The notes under the pieces: model-generated
Told to the model about the DNA's origin: nothing
The model's input: the letters and a program-made list of their open reading frames with translations, nothing else
Databases searched by the model: none
Translations under genes and position numbers: made by a program
Assembly: GCA_964016885.1 (NCBI GenBank)
Contig: CAXHJY010000184.1
Coordinates: 496,001-560,000, forward strand
Source: Eledone cirrhosa
Taxonomy: Eukaryota
Reading direction: 5' to 3'
DNA: 64,000 nucleotides
Shown here: positions 1 to 12,100 of the stretch, one piece after another
Numbering within the stretch: position 1 is the stretch's first letter
Layout: every line of letters begins with the position of its first letter

Positions 1-13
1 TCCCAGTCACTAC

Positions 14-27
14 AGGACTATAGTCTT
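14..27. other. Per-monomer dyad: perfect palindrome GACTATAGTC (16-25) within quasi-palindrome AGGACTATAGTCTT (14-27); first copy shown
   Basis: GACTATAGTC is its own reverse complement. The 14-mer has one mismatched pair (G15/T26). It recurs every 27 bp except in variant monomers. Confidence 0.97.
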
Positions 28-419
28 TCCCAGTCACTACAGGACTATAGTTTTTCCCAGTCACTACAGGACTATAGTCTTTCCCAATCACTACAGGACT
101 ATAATCTTTCCCAATCACTACAGGACTATAGTCTTTCCCAGTCACTACAAGACTATAGTCTTTCCCAGTCACTACAGGACTATAGTCTTTCCCAATCACT
201 ACAGGACTATAGTCTTTCCCAGTCACTACAGGACTATAGTCTTTCCCAGTCACTACAGGACTATAGTCTTTCCCAGTCACTACAGGACTATAGTCTTTCC
301 CAGTCACTACAGGACTATAGTCTTTCCCAATCACTACAAGACTATAGTCTTTCCCAGTCACTACAGGACTATAGTCTTTCCCAATCACTACAGGACTATA
401 GTCTTGCCCAGTCACTACA

Positions 420-800
420 GGACTATAGTCTTTCCCAGTCACTACAGGACTATAGTCTTTCCCAGTCACTACAGGACTACATTCTTTCCCAGTCACTACA
501 GGACTATAGTCTTTCCCAATCACTACAGGTCTATAGTCTTTCCCAGTCACTACAGGACTACATTCTTTCCCAGTCACTACAGGACTATAGTCTTTCCCAG
601 TCACTACAGGACTATAGTCTTTCCCAGTCACTACAGGACTATAGTCTTTCCCAGTCACTACAGGACTACATTCTTTCCCAGTCACTACAGGACTATAGTC
701 TTTCCCAATCACTACAGGTCTATAGTCTTTCCCAGTCACTACAGGACTACATTCTTTCCCAGTCACTACAGGACTATAGTCTTTCCCAGTCACTACAGGA
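420..800. repeat. Local 189-bp (7-monomer) tandem duplication, boundaries approximate
   Basis: The rare GGTCT variant is at 530 and 719. CATT variants are at 480/669 and 561/750. All offsets are 189 = 7x27. Confidence 0.85.
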
Positions 801-1319
801 CTATAGTCTTCCCCAGTCACTACAGGACTATAGTCTTTCCCAGTCACTACAGGACTATAGTCTTTCCCAATCACTACAGGACTATAGTCTTTCCCAGTCA
901 CTACAGGACTATAGTCTTTCCCAATCACTACAGGACTATAGTCTTTCCCAGTCACTACAGGACTATAGTCTTTCCCAATCACTACAGGACTATAGTCTTT
1001 CCCAGTCACTACAGGACTATAGTCTTTCCCAGTCACTACAAGACTATAGTCTTTCCCAGTCACTACAGGATTATAGTCTTTCCCAATCACTACAGGACTA
1101 TAGTCTTTCCCAGTCACTACAGGACTATAGTCTTTCCCAGTCACTACAGGACTATAGTCTTTCCCAATCACTACAGGACTATAGTCTTTCCCAGTCACTA
1201 CAGGACTATAGTCTTTCCCAGTCACTACAGGACTATAGTCTTTCCCAATCACTACAGGACTATAGTCTTTCCCAATCACTACAGGACTATAGTCTTTCCC
1301 AGTCACTACAGGACTATAG

Positions 1320-4300
1320 TCTTTCCCAGTCACTACAGGACTATAGTCTTTCCCAGTCACTACAGGACTATAGTCTTTCCCAGTCACTACAGGACTATAG
1401 TCTTTCCCAGTCACTACAAGACTATAGTCTTTCCCAATCACTACAGGACTATAGTCTTTCCCAATCACTACAGGACTATAGTCTTTCCCAATCACTACAG
1501 GACTATAGTCTTTTCCAGTCACTACAGGACTATAGTTTTTCCCAGTCACTACAAGACTATAGTCTTTCCCAATCACTACAGGACTATAGTCTTTCCCAAT
1601 CACTACAGGACTATAGTCTTTCCCAATCACTACAAGACTATAGTCTTTCCCAGTCACTACAGGACTATAGTCTTTCCAATCACTACAGGACTATAGTCTT
1701 TCCCAGTCACTACAGGACTACATTCTTTCCCAGTCACTACAGGACTATAGTCTTTCCCAGTCTCTACAGGACTATAGTCTTTCCCAATCACTACAGGACT
1801 ATAGTCTTTCCCAGTCACTACAGGACTACATCCTTTCCCAGTCACTACAGGACTATAGTCTTTCCCAATCACTACAAGACTATAGACTTTCCCAGTCACT
1901 ACAGGACTATAGTCTTTCCCAGTTACTACAGGACTATAGTCTTTCCCAATCACTACAGGACTATAGTCTTTCCCAGTCACTACAGGACTATAGTCTTTCC
2001 CAGTCACTACAAGACTATAGTCTTTCCCAGTCACTACAGGATTATAGTCTTTCCCAATCACTACAGGACTATAGTCTTTCCCAGTCACTACAGGACTATA
2101 GTCTTTCCCAGTCACTACAGGACTATAGTCTTTCCCAATCACTACAGGACTATAGTCTTTCCCAGTCACTACAGGACTATAGTCTTTCACAGTCACTACA
2201 GGACTATAGTCTTTCCCAATCACTACAGGACTACATTCTTTCCCAGTCACTACAGGACTATAGTCTTTCCCAGTCACTACAGGACTATAGTCTTTCCCAA
2301 TCACTACAGGACTATAGTCTTTCCCAGTCACTACAGGACTACATTCTTTCCCAGTCACTACAGGACTATAGTCTTTCCCAGTCACTACAGGACTATAGTC
2401 TTTCCCAATCACTACAGGACTATAGTCTTTCCCAGTCACTACAGGACTACATTCTTTCCCAGTCACTACAGGACTATAGTCTTTCCCAATCACCACAGGA
2501 CTATAGTCTTTCCCAGTCACTACAGGACTATAGTCTTTCCCAATCACTACAGGACTATAGTCTTTCCCAGTCACTACAAGACTATAGTCTTTCCCAGTCA
2601 CTACAAGACTATAGTCTTGCCCAGTCAGTCACTACAGGACTATAGTCTTTTCCAGTCACTGCAGGACTATAGTCTTTCCCAGTCACTACAGGACTATAGT
2701 CTTTCCCAGTCACTACAGGACTATAGTCTTTCCCAGTCACTACAAGACTATAGTCTTTCCCAGTCACTACAGGATTATAGTCTTTCCCAATCACTACAGG
2801 ACTATAGTCTTTCCCAGTCACTACAGGACTATAGTCTTTCCCAGTCACTACAGGACTATAGTCTTTCCCAGTCACTACAGGACTATAGTCTTTCCCAATT
2901 ACTAAAGGACTATAGTCTTTCCCAATCACTACAGGACTATAGTCTTTCCCAGTCACTACAGGACTATAGTCTTTCCCAGTCACTACAGGACTATAGTCTT
3001 TCCCAGTCACTACAGGACTATAGTCTTTCCCAGTCACTACAGGACTATAGTCTTTCCCAGTCACTACAAGACTATAGTCTTTCCCAGTCACTACAGGATT
3101 ATAGTCTTTCCCAATCACTACAGGACTATAGTCTTTCCCAGTCACTACAGGACTATAGTCTTTCCCAGTCACTACAGGACTATAGTCTTTCCCAATCACT
3201 ACAGGACTATAGTCTTTCCCAATCACTACAGGACTATAGTCTTTCCCAGTCACTACAGGACTATAGTCTTTCCCAGTCACTACAGCACTATAGTCTTTCC
3301 CAGTCACTACAGGACTATAGTCTTTCCCAATCACTACAGGACTATAGTCTTTCCCAGTCACTACAGGACTATAGTCTTTCCCAGTCACTACAGGACTATA
3401 GTCTTTCCCAGTCACTACAGGACTATAGTCTTTCCCAGTCACTACAAGACTATAGTCTTTCCCAATCACTACAGGACTATAGTCTTTCCCAATCACTACA
3501 GGACTATAGTCTTTCCCAATCACTACAAGACTATAGTCTTTCCCAGTCACTACAGGACTATAGTCTTTCCCAGTTACTACAGGACTACATTCTTTCCCAG
3601 TCACTACAGGACTATAGTCTTTCCCAATCACTACAGGACTATAGTCTTTCCCAGTCACTACAGGACTACATTCTTTCCCAGTCACTACAGGACTATAGTC
3701 TTTCCCAATCACTACAGGACTATAGTCTTTCCCAGTCACTACAGGACTACATTCTTTCCCAGTCACTACAGGACTATAGTCTTTCCCAGTCACTACAGGA
3801 CTATAGTCTTTCCCAGTCACTACAGGACTATAGTCTTTCCCAGTCACTGCAGGACTATAGTCTTTCCCAATCACTACAGGACTATAGTCTTTCCCAGTCA
3901 CTACAGGACTACATTCTTTCCCAGTCACTACAGGACTATAGTCTTTCCCAGTCATTACAGGACTATAGTCTTTCCCAGTCACTACAGGACTATAGTCTTT
4001 CCCAGTCACTACAGGACTATAGTCTTTCCCAGTCACTACAAGACTATAGTCTTTCCCAATCACTACAGGACATAGTCTTTCCCAATCACTACAGGACTAT
4101 AGTCTTTCCCAATCACTACAGGACTATAGTCTTTTCCAGTCACTACAGGACTATAGTTTTTCCCAGTCACTACAAGACTATAGTCTTTCCCAATCACTAC
4201 AGGACTATAGTCTTTCCCAATCACTACAGGACTATAGTCTTTCCCAATCACTACAAGACTATAGTCTTTCCCAGTCACTACAGGACTATAGTCTTTCCAA

Positions 4301-6560
4301 TCACTACAGGACTATAGTCTTTCCCAGTCACTACAGGACTACATTCTTTCCCAGTCACTACAGGACTATAGTCTTTCCCAGTCACTACAGGACTATAGTC
4401 TTTCCCAATCACTACAGGACTATAGTCTTTCCCAGTCACTACAGGACTACATCCTTTCCCAGTCACTACAGGACTATAGTCTTTCCCAATCACTACAAGA
4501 CTATAGACTTTCCCAGTCACTACAGGACTATAGTCTTTCCCAGTTACTACAGGACTATAGTCTTTCCCAATCACTACAGGACTATAGTCTTTCCCAGTCA
4601 CTACAGGACTATAGTCTTTCCCAGTCACTACAAGACTATAGTCTTTCCCAGTCACTACAGGATTATAGTCTTTCCCAATCACTACAGGACTATAGTCTTT
4701 CCCAGTCACTACAGGACTATAGTCTTTCCCAGTCACTACAGGACTATAGTCTTTCCCAATCACTACAGGACTATAGTCTTTCCCAGTCACTACAGGACTA
4801 TAGTCTTTCACAGTCACTACAGGACTATAGTCTTTCCCAATCACTACAGGACTACATTCTTTCCCAGTCACTACAGGACTATAGTCTTTCCCAGTCACTA
4901 CAGGACTATAGTCTTTCCCAATCACTACAGGACTATAGTCTTTCCCAGTCACTACAGGACTACATTCTTTCCCAGTCACTACAGGACTATAGTCTTTCCC
5001 AGTCACTACAGGACTATAGTCTTTCCCAATCACTACAGGACTATAGTCTTTCCCAGTCACTACAGGACTACATTCTTTCCCAGTCACTACAGGACTATAG
5101 TCTTTCCCAATCACCACAGGACTATAGTCTTTCCCAGTCACTACAGGACTATAGTCTTTCCCAATCACTACAGGACTATAGTCTTTCCCAGTCACTACAA
5201 GACTATAGTCTTTCCCAGTCACTACAAGACTATAGTCTTGCCCAGTCAGTCACTACAGGACTATAGTCTTTTCCAGTCACTGCAGGACTATAGTCTTTCC
5301 CAGTCACTACAGGACTATAGTCTTTCCCAGTCACTACAGGACTATAGTCTTTCCCAGTCACTACAAGACTATAGTCTTTCCCAGTCACTACAGGATTATA
5401 GTCTTTCCCAATCACTACAGGACTATAGTCTTTCCCAGTCACTACAGGACTATAGTCTTTCCCAGTCACTACAGGACTATAGTCTTTCCCAGTCACTACA
5501 GGACTATAGTCTTTCCCAATTACTAAAGGACTATAGTCTTTCCCAATCACTACAGGACTATAGTCTTTCCCAGTCACTACAGGACTATAGTCTTTCCCAG
5601 TCACTACAGGACTATAGTCTTTCCCAGTCACTACAGGACTATAGTCTTTCCCAGTCACTACAGGACTATAGTCTTTCCCAGTCACTACAAGACTATAGTC
5701 TTTCCCAGTCACTACAGGATTATAGTCTTTCCCAATCACTACAGGACTATAGTCTTTCCCAGTCACTACAGGACTATAGTCTTTCCCAGTCACTACAGGA
5801 CTATAGTCTTTCCCAATCACTACAGGACTATAGTCTTTCCCAATCACTACAGGACTATAGTCTTTCCCAGTCACTACAGGACTATAGTCTTTCCCAGTCA
5901 CTACAGCACTATAGTCTTTCCCAGTCACTACAGGACTATAGTCTTTCCCAATCACTACAGGACTATAGTCTTTCCCAGTCACTACAGGACTATAGTCTTT
6001 CCCAGTCACTACAGGACTATAGTCTTTCCCAGTCACTACAGGACTATAGTCTTTCCCAGTCACTACAAGACTATAGTCTTTCCCAATCACTACAGGACTA
6101 TAGTCTTTCCCAATCACTACAGGACTATAGTCTTTCCCAATCACTACAAGACTATAGTCTTTCCCAGTCACTACAGGACTATAGTCTTTCCCAGTTACTA
6201 CAGGACTACATTCTTTCCCAGTCACTACAGGACTATAGTCTTTCCCAATCACTACAGGACTATAGTCTTTCCCAGTCACTACAGGACTACATTCTTTCCC
6301 AGTCACTACAGGACTATAGTCTTTCCCAATCACTACAGGACTATAGTCTTTCCCAGTCACTACAGGACTACATTCTTTCCCAGTCACTACAGGACTATAG
6401 TCTTTCCCAGTCACTACAGGACTATAGTCTTTCCCAGTCACTACAGGACTATAGTCTTTCCCAGTCACTGCAGGACTATAGTCTTTCCCAATCACTACAG
6501 GACTATAGTCTTTCCCAGTCACTACAGGACTACATTCTTTCCCAGTCACTACAGGACTAT
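1320..6560. repeat. Tandem duplication of a block of about 2.62 kb (97 monomers), boundaries approximate
   Basis: Offset 2621 is shared by the 1-bp deletion (about 1676/4297), CATCCT (about 1830/4451), the landmark monomer (2617/5238) and TACTAAAGG (about 2900/5521). ORFs 1657..2601 and 4278..5222 are both 314 aa and differ at one residue. Confidence 0.92.
2617..2660. repeat. 31-bp landmark monomer (TTGCCCAGTCAGTCAC: T>G plus 4-bp CAGT duplication) followed by a TTTTCCAG monomer; first of 20 copies
   Basis: TTG positions are 2617, 5238, 9126, 12532, 14264, 17157, 18888, 22347, 23782, 25298, 27003, 28519, 29306, 30201, 31555, 33557, 36045, 42151, 51769 and 54339. Each matches a minus-strand ORF ending in DWARL. 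Two more copies without T>G lie at 62416 and 63257 (DWERL). Confidence 0.95.
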
Positions 6561-9125
6561 AGTCTTTCCCAATCACCACAGGACTATAGTCTTTCCCAGT
6601 CACTACAGGACTATAGTCTTTCCCAATCACCACAGGACTATAGTCTTTCCCAGTCGCTACAGTACTATAGTCTTTCCCAATCACTACAGGACTATAGTCT
6701 TTCCCAGTCACTACAGGACTATAGACTTTCCCAATCACTACAAGACTATAGTCTTTCCCAGTCACTACAGGACTATAGTCTTTCCCAGTCACTACAGGAC
6801 TATAGTCTTTCCCAGTCACTACAGAACTATAGTCTTTCCCAGTCACTACAGGACTATAGTCTTTCCCAGTCACTACAGGACTATAGTCTTTCCCAGTCAC
6901 TACAGGACTATAGTCTTTCCCAGTCACTACAGGACTATAGTATTTCCCAGTCACTACAGGACTATAGTCTTTCCCAGACAGGACTATAGTCTTTCCCAGT
7001 CACTACAGGGCTATAGTCTTTCCCAGTCACTACAGGACTACAGTCTTTCCCAGTCACTACAGGACTATAGTCTTTCCCAGTCACTACAGGACTATAGTCT
7101 TTCCCAGTCACTACAGGACTATAGTCTTTCCCAATCACTACAGGACTATAGTCTTTCCCAATCACTACAGGACTATAGTCGTTCCCAGTCACTGCAGGAC
7201 TATAGTCTTTCCCAATCACTACAGGACTATAGTCTTTCCCAATCACTACAGGACTATAGTCTTTCCCAGTCACTACAAGACTATAGTCTTTCCCAATCAC
7301 TACAGGACTATAGTCTTTCCCAATCACTACAGGACTATAGTCTTTCCCAGTCACTACAGGACTATAGTCTTTCCCAGTCACTACAGGACTATAGTCTTTC
7401 CCAGTCACTACAGGACTATAGTCTTTCCCAGTCACTACAGGACTACATTCTTTCCCAGTCACTACAGGACTATAGTCTTTCCCAGTCACTAGAGGACTAT
7501 AGTCTTTCCCAGTCACTACAGGACTATAGTCTTTCCCAGTCACTACAAGACTATAGTCTTTCCCAGTCACTACAAAAATTTTAGTCTTTCCCAATCACTA
7601 GAGGACTATAGTCTTTCCCAGTCACTACAGGACTATAGTCTTTCCCAGTCACTACAGGACTATAGTCTTTCCCAGTCACTACAGGACTATAGTATTTCCC
7701 AGTCACTACAGGACTATAGTCTTTCCCAGTCACTACAGGACTATAGTCTTTCCCAGTCACTACAGGACTATAGTCTTTCCCAATCACTACAGGACTATAG
7801 TCTTTCCCAGTCACTACAGGACTACAGTCTTTCCCAGTCACTACAGAACTATAGTCTTTCCCAGTCACTACAGGACTATAGTCTTTCCCAATCACTACAG
7901 GTCTATAGACTTTCCCAATCACTACAGGACTATAGACTTTCCCAGTCACTACAGGACTATGGTCTTTCCCAGTCACTACAGGACTATAGTCTTTCCCAGT
8001 CACTACAGGACTATAGTCTTTCCCAGTGACTACAGGACTATAGTCTTTCCCAATCACTACAGGACTACATTCTTTCCCAGTCACTACAGGACTATAGTCT
8101 TTCCCAGTCACTACAGGACTATAGTCTTTCCCAGTCACTACAGGACTATAGTTTTTCCCAGTCACTACAGGACTATAGTCTTTCCCAATCACTACAGGAC
8201 TATAGTCTTTCCCAATCACTACAGGACTATAGTCTTTCCCAATCACTACAGGACTATAGTCTTTCCCAGTCACTACAGGACTATAGTCATTCCTAGTCAC
8301 TACAGGACTATAGTCTTTCCCAGTCACTACAGGACTACATTCTTTCCCAGTCACTACAGGACTTTAGTCTTTCCCAATCACTACAGGACTATAGTCTTTC
8401 CCAGTCACTACAGGACTATAGTCTTTCTCAGTCACTACAGGACTATAGTCTTTCCCAATCACTACAGGACTATAGTCTTTCCCAGTCACTACAGGACTAT
8501 AGTCTTTCCCAGTCACTACAGGACTATAGTCTTTCCCAGTCACTACAGGACTATAGTCTTTCCCAGTCACTACAGGACTATAGTCTTTCCCAGTCACTAC
8601 AGGACTATAGTCTTTCCCAGTCACTACAGGACTATAGTCTTTCCCAGTCACTACAGGACTATAGTCTTTCCCAGTAACTACAGGACTATAGTCCTTCCCA
8701 GTCGCTACAGGACTATAGTCTTTCCCAATCACTACAGGACTATAGTCTTTCCCAGTCACTACAGGACTATAGTCTTTCCCAATCACTACAGGACTATAGT
8801 CTTTCCCAGTCACTACAGGACTACATTCTTTCCCAGTCACTACAGGACTATAGTCATTCCCAGTCACTACAGGACTATAGTCTTTCCCAATCACTACAGG
8901 ACTATAGTCTTTCCCAGTCACTACAGGACTACATTCTTTCCCAGTCACTACAGGACTATAGTCCTTCCCAGTCACTACAGGACTATAGTCTTTCCCAATC
9001 ACCACAGGACTATAGTCTTTCCCAGTCACTACAGGACTATAGTCTTTCCCAATCACTACAGGACTATAGTCTTTCCCAGTCACTACAAGACTATAGTCTT
9101 TCCCAGTCACTACAAGACTATAGTC

Positions 9126-12100
9126 TTGCCCAGTCAGTCACTACAGGACTATAGTCTTTTCCAGTCACTACAGGACTATAGTCTTTCCCAGTCACTACAG
9201 GACTATAGTCTTTCCCAGTCACTACAGGACTATAGTCTTTCCCAGTCACTACAGGACTATAGTTTTTCCCAGTCACTACAGGACTATAGTCTTTTCCAAT
9301 CACTACAGGACTACATTCTTTCCCAGTCACTACAGGACTATAGTCTTTCCCAGTCACTACAGGACTATAGTCTTTCCCAGTCACTACAGGACTATAGTCT
9401 TTCCCAGTCACTACAGGACTATAGTTTTTCCCAGTCACTACAGGACTATAGTCTTTCCCAATCACTACAGGACTATAGTCTTTCCCAATCACTACAGGAC
9501 TATAGTCTTTCCCAATCAATACAAGACTATAGTCTTTCCCAGTCACTACAGGACTATAGTCTTTCCCAATCACTACAGGACTATAGTCTTTCCCAATCAC
9601 TACAGGACTATAGTCTTTCCCAGTCACTACAGGACTATAGTCTTTCCCAGTCACTACAGGACTATAGTCTTTCCCAGTCACTACAGGACTATAGTCTTTC
9701 CCAGTCACTACAAGACTATAGTCTTTCCCAATCACTACAGGACTATAGTCTTTCCCAATCACTACAGGACTATAGTCTTTCCCAGTCACTACAGGACTAT
9801 AGTCTTTCCCAGTCACTACAGGACTATAGTCTTTCCCAGTCACTACAGGACTATAGTCTTTCCCAATCACTACAGGACTATAGTCTTTCCCAGTCACTAC
9901 AGGACTATAGTCTTTCCCAGTCACTACAAGACTATAGTCTTTCCCAGTCACTACAGGATTATAGTCTTTCCCAATCACTACAGGACTATAGTCTTTCCCA
10001 GTCACTACAGGACTATAGTCTTTCCCAATCACTACAGGACTATAGTCTTTCCCAGTCACTACAGGACTATAGTCTTTCCCAGTCACTACAGGACTATAGT
10101 CTTTCCCAGTCACTACAGGACTATAGTCTTTCCCAGTCACTACAGGACTATAGTCTTTCCCAGTCACTACAGGACTATAGTCTTTCCCAATCACTACAGG
10201 ACTATAGTCTTTCCCAGTCACTACAGGACTATAGTCTTTCCCAGTCACTACAAGACTATAGTCTTTCCCAGTCACTACAGGACTATAGTCTTTCCCAATC
10301 ACTACAGGACTATAGTCTTTCCCAGTCACTACAGGACTATAGTCTTTCCCAGTCACTACAGGACTATAGTCTTTCCCAGTCACTACAGGACTATAGTCTT
10401 TCCCAGTCACTACAGGACTATAGTCTTTCCCAGTCACTACAAGACTATAGTCTTTCCCAATCACTACAGGACTATAGTCTTTCCCAATCACTACAGGACT
10501 ATAGTCTTTCCCAATCACTACAGGACTATAGTCTTTCCCAGTCACTACAGGACTATAGTCTTTCCCAGTCACTACAGGACTATAGTCTTTCCCAGTCACT
10601 ACAAGACTATAGTCTTTCCCAATCACTACAGGACTATAGTCTTTCCCAGTCACTACAGGACTATAGTCTTTCCCAATCACTACAGGACTATAGTCTTTCC
10701 CAGTCACTACAAGACTATAGTCTTTCCCAATCACTACAGGACTATAGTCTTTCCCAATCACTACAGGACTATAGTCTTTCGCAGTCACTACAGGACTATA
10801 GTCTTTCCCAGTCACTATAGGACTATAGTATTTCCCAGTCACTACAGGACTATAGTCTTTCCCAGTCACTACAGGACTATAGTCTTTCCCAGTCACTACA
10901 GGGCTATAGTCTTTCCCAGTCACTACATGACTACAGACTTTCCCAGTCACTACAGGACTATAGTCTTTCCCAGTCACTACAGGACTATAGTCTTTCCCAG
11001 TCACTACAGGACTATAGTCTTTCCCAATCACTACAGGACTATAGTCTTTCCCAGTCACTACAGGACTATAGTCTTTCCCAGTCACTACAAGACTATAGTC
11101 TTTCCCAGTCACTACAGGATTATAGTCTTTCCCAATCACTACAGGATTATAGTCTTTCCCAGTCACTACAGGACTATAGTCTTTCCCAGTCACTACAGGA
11201 CTATAGTCTTTCCCAATCACTACAGGACTATAGTCTTTCCCAGTCACTACAGGACTATAGTCTTTCCCAGTCACTACAGGACTATAGTCTTTCCCAGTCA
11301 CTACAGGACTATAGTCTTTCCCAGTCACTACAGGACTATAGTCTTTCCCAATCACTACAGGACTATAGACTTTCCCAGTCACTACAGGACTATAGTCTTT
11401 CCCAGTCACTACAAGACTATAGTCTTTCCCAGTCACTACAGGACTATAGTCTTTCCCAATCACTACAGGACTATAGTCTTTCCCAGTCACTACAGGACTA
11501 TAGTCTTTCCCAGTCACTACAGGACTATAGTCTTTCCCAGTCACTACAGGACTATAGTCTTTCCCAGTCACTACAGGACTATAGTCTTTCCCAGTCACTA
11601 CAGGACTATAGTCTTTCCCAGTCACTACAAGACTATAGTCTTTCCCAATCACTACAGGACTATAGACTTTCCCAATCACTACAGGACTATAGTCTTTCCC
11701 AATCACTACAAGACTATAGTCTTTCCCAGTCACTACAGGACTATAGTCTTTCCCAGTTACTACAGGACTATAGTCTTTCCCAGTCAATACAGGACTATAG
11801 TCTTTCCCAGTCACTACAGGACTATAGTCTTTCCCAGTCACTACAGGACTATAGTCTTTCCCAGTCACTACAGGACTATAGTCTTTCCCAGTCACTACAG
11901 GGCTATAGTCTTTCACAGTCACTACAGGACTATAGTCTTTCCCAATCACTACAGGACTACATTCTTTCCCAGTCACTACAGGACTATAGTCTTTCCCAGT
12001 CACTACAGGACTATAGTCTTTCCCAGTCAGTACAGGACTATAGTCTTTCTCAGTCACTACAGGACTATAGTCTTTCCCAATCACTACAGGACTATAGTCT

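Noticed and set aside
4-12. Second small dyad AGT-C-ACT, with variants that extend it (CAGTCACTG, TAGTCACTA) or flip its centre (AGTGACT)
   Set aside because: Arms of 3-4 bp are too short to be stable, and a large share of all possible substitutions occurs somewhere in the array, so these matches are expected by chance.
16-25. Mirror-image variant pairs within the palindrome (e.g. GATTATAGTC/GACTATAATC, GACTACAGTC/GACTGTAGTC) as evidence of micro-inversion
   Set aside because: By hand count about 20 of 30 possible substitutions are present, forming 7 mirror pairs. Random expectation is 15 x (20/30) x (19/29), about 6.6, so there is no excess.
471-495. Resemblance of ACTACATTCTTTCCCAG to the ZNF143/SBS-associated motif ACTACAnnTCCCA
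   Set aside because: The spacing between ACTACA and TCCCA is 5 bp here rather than 2, so the motif does not match.
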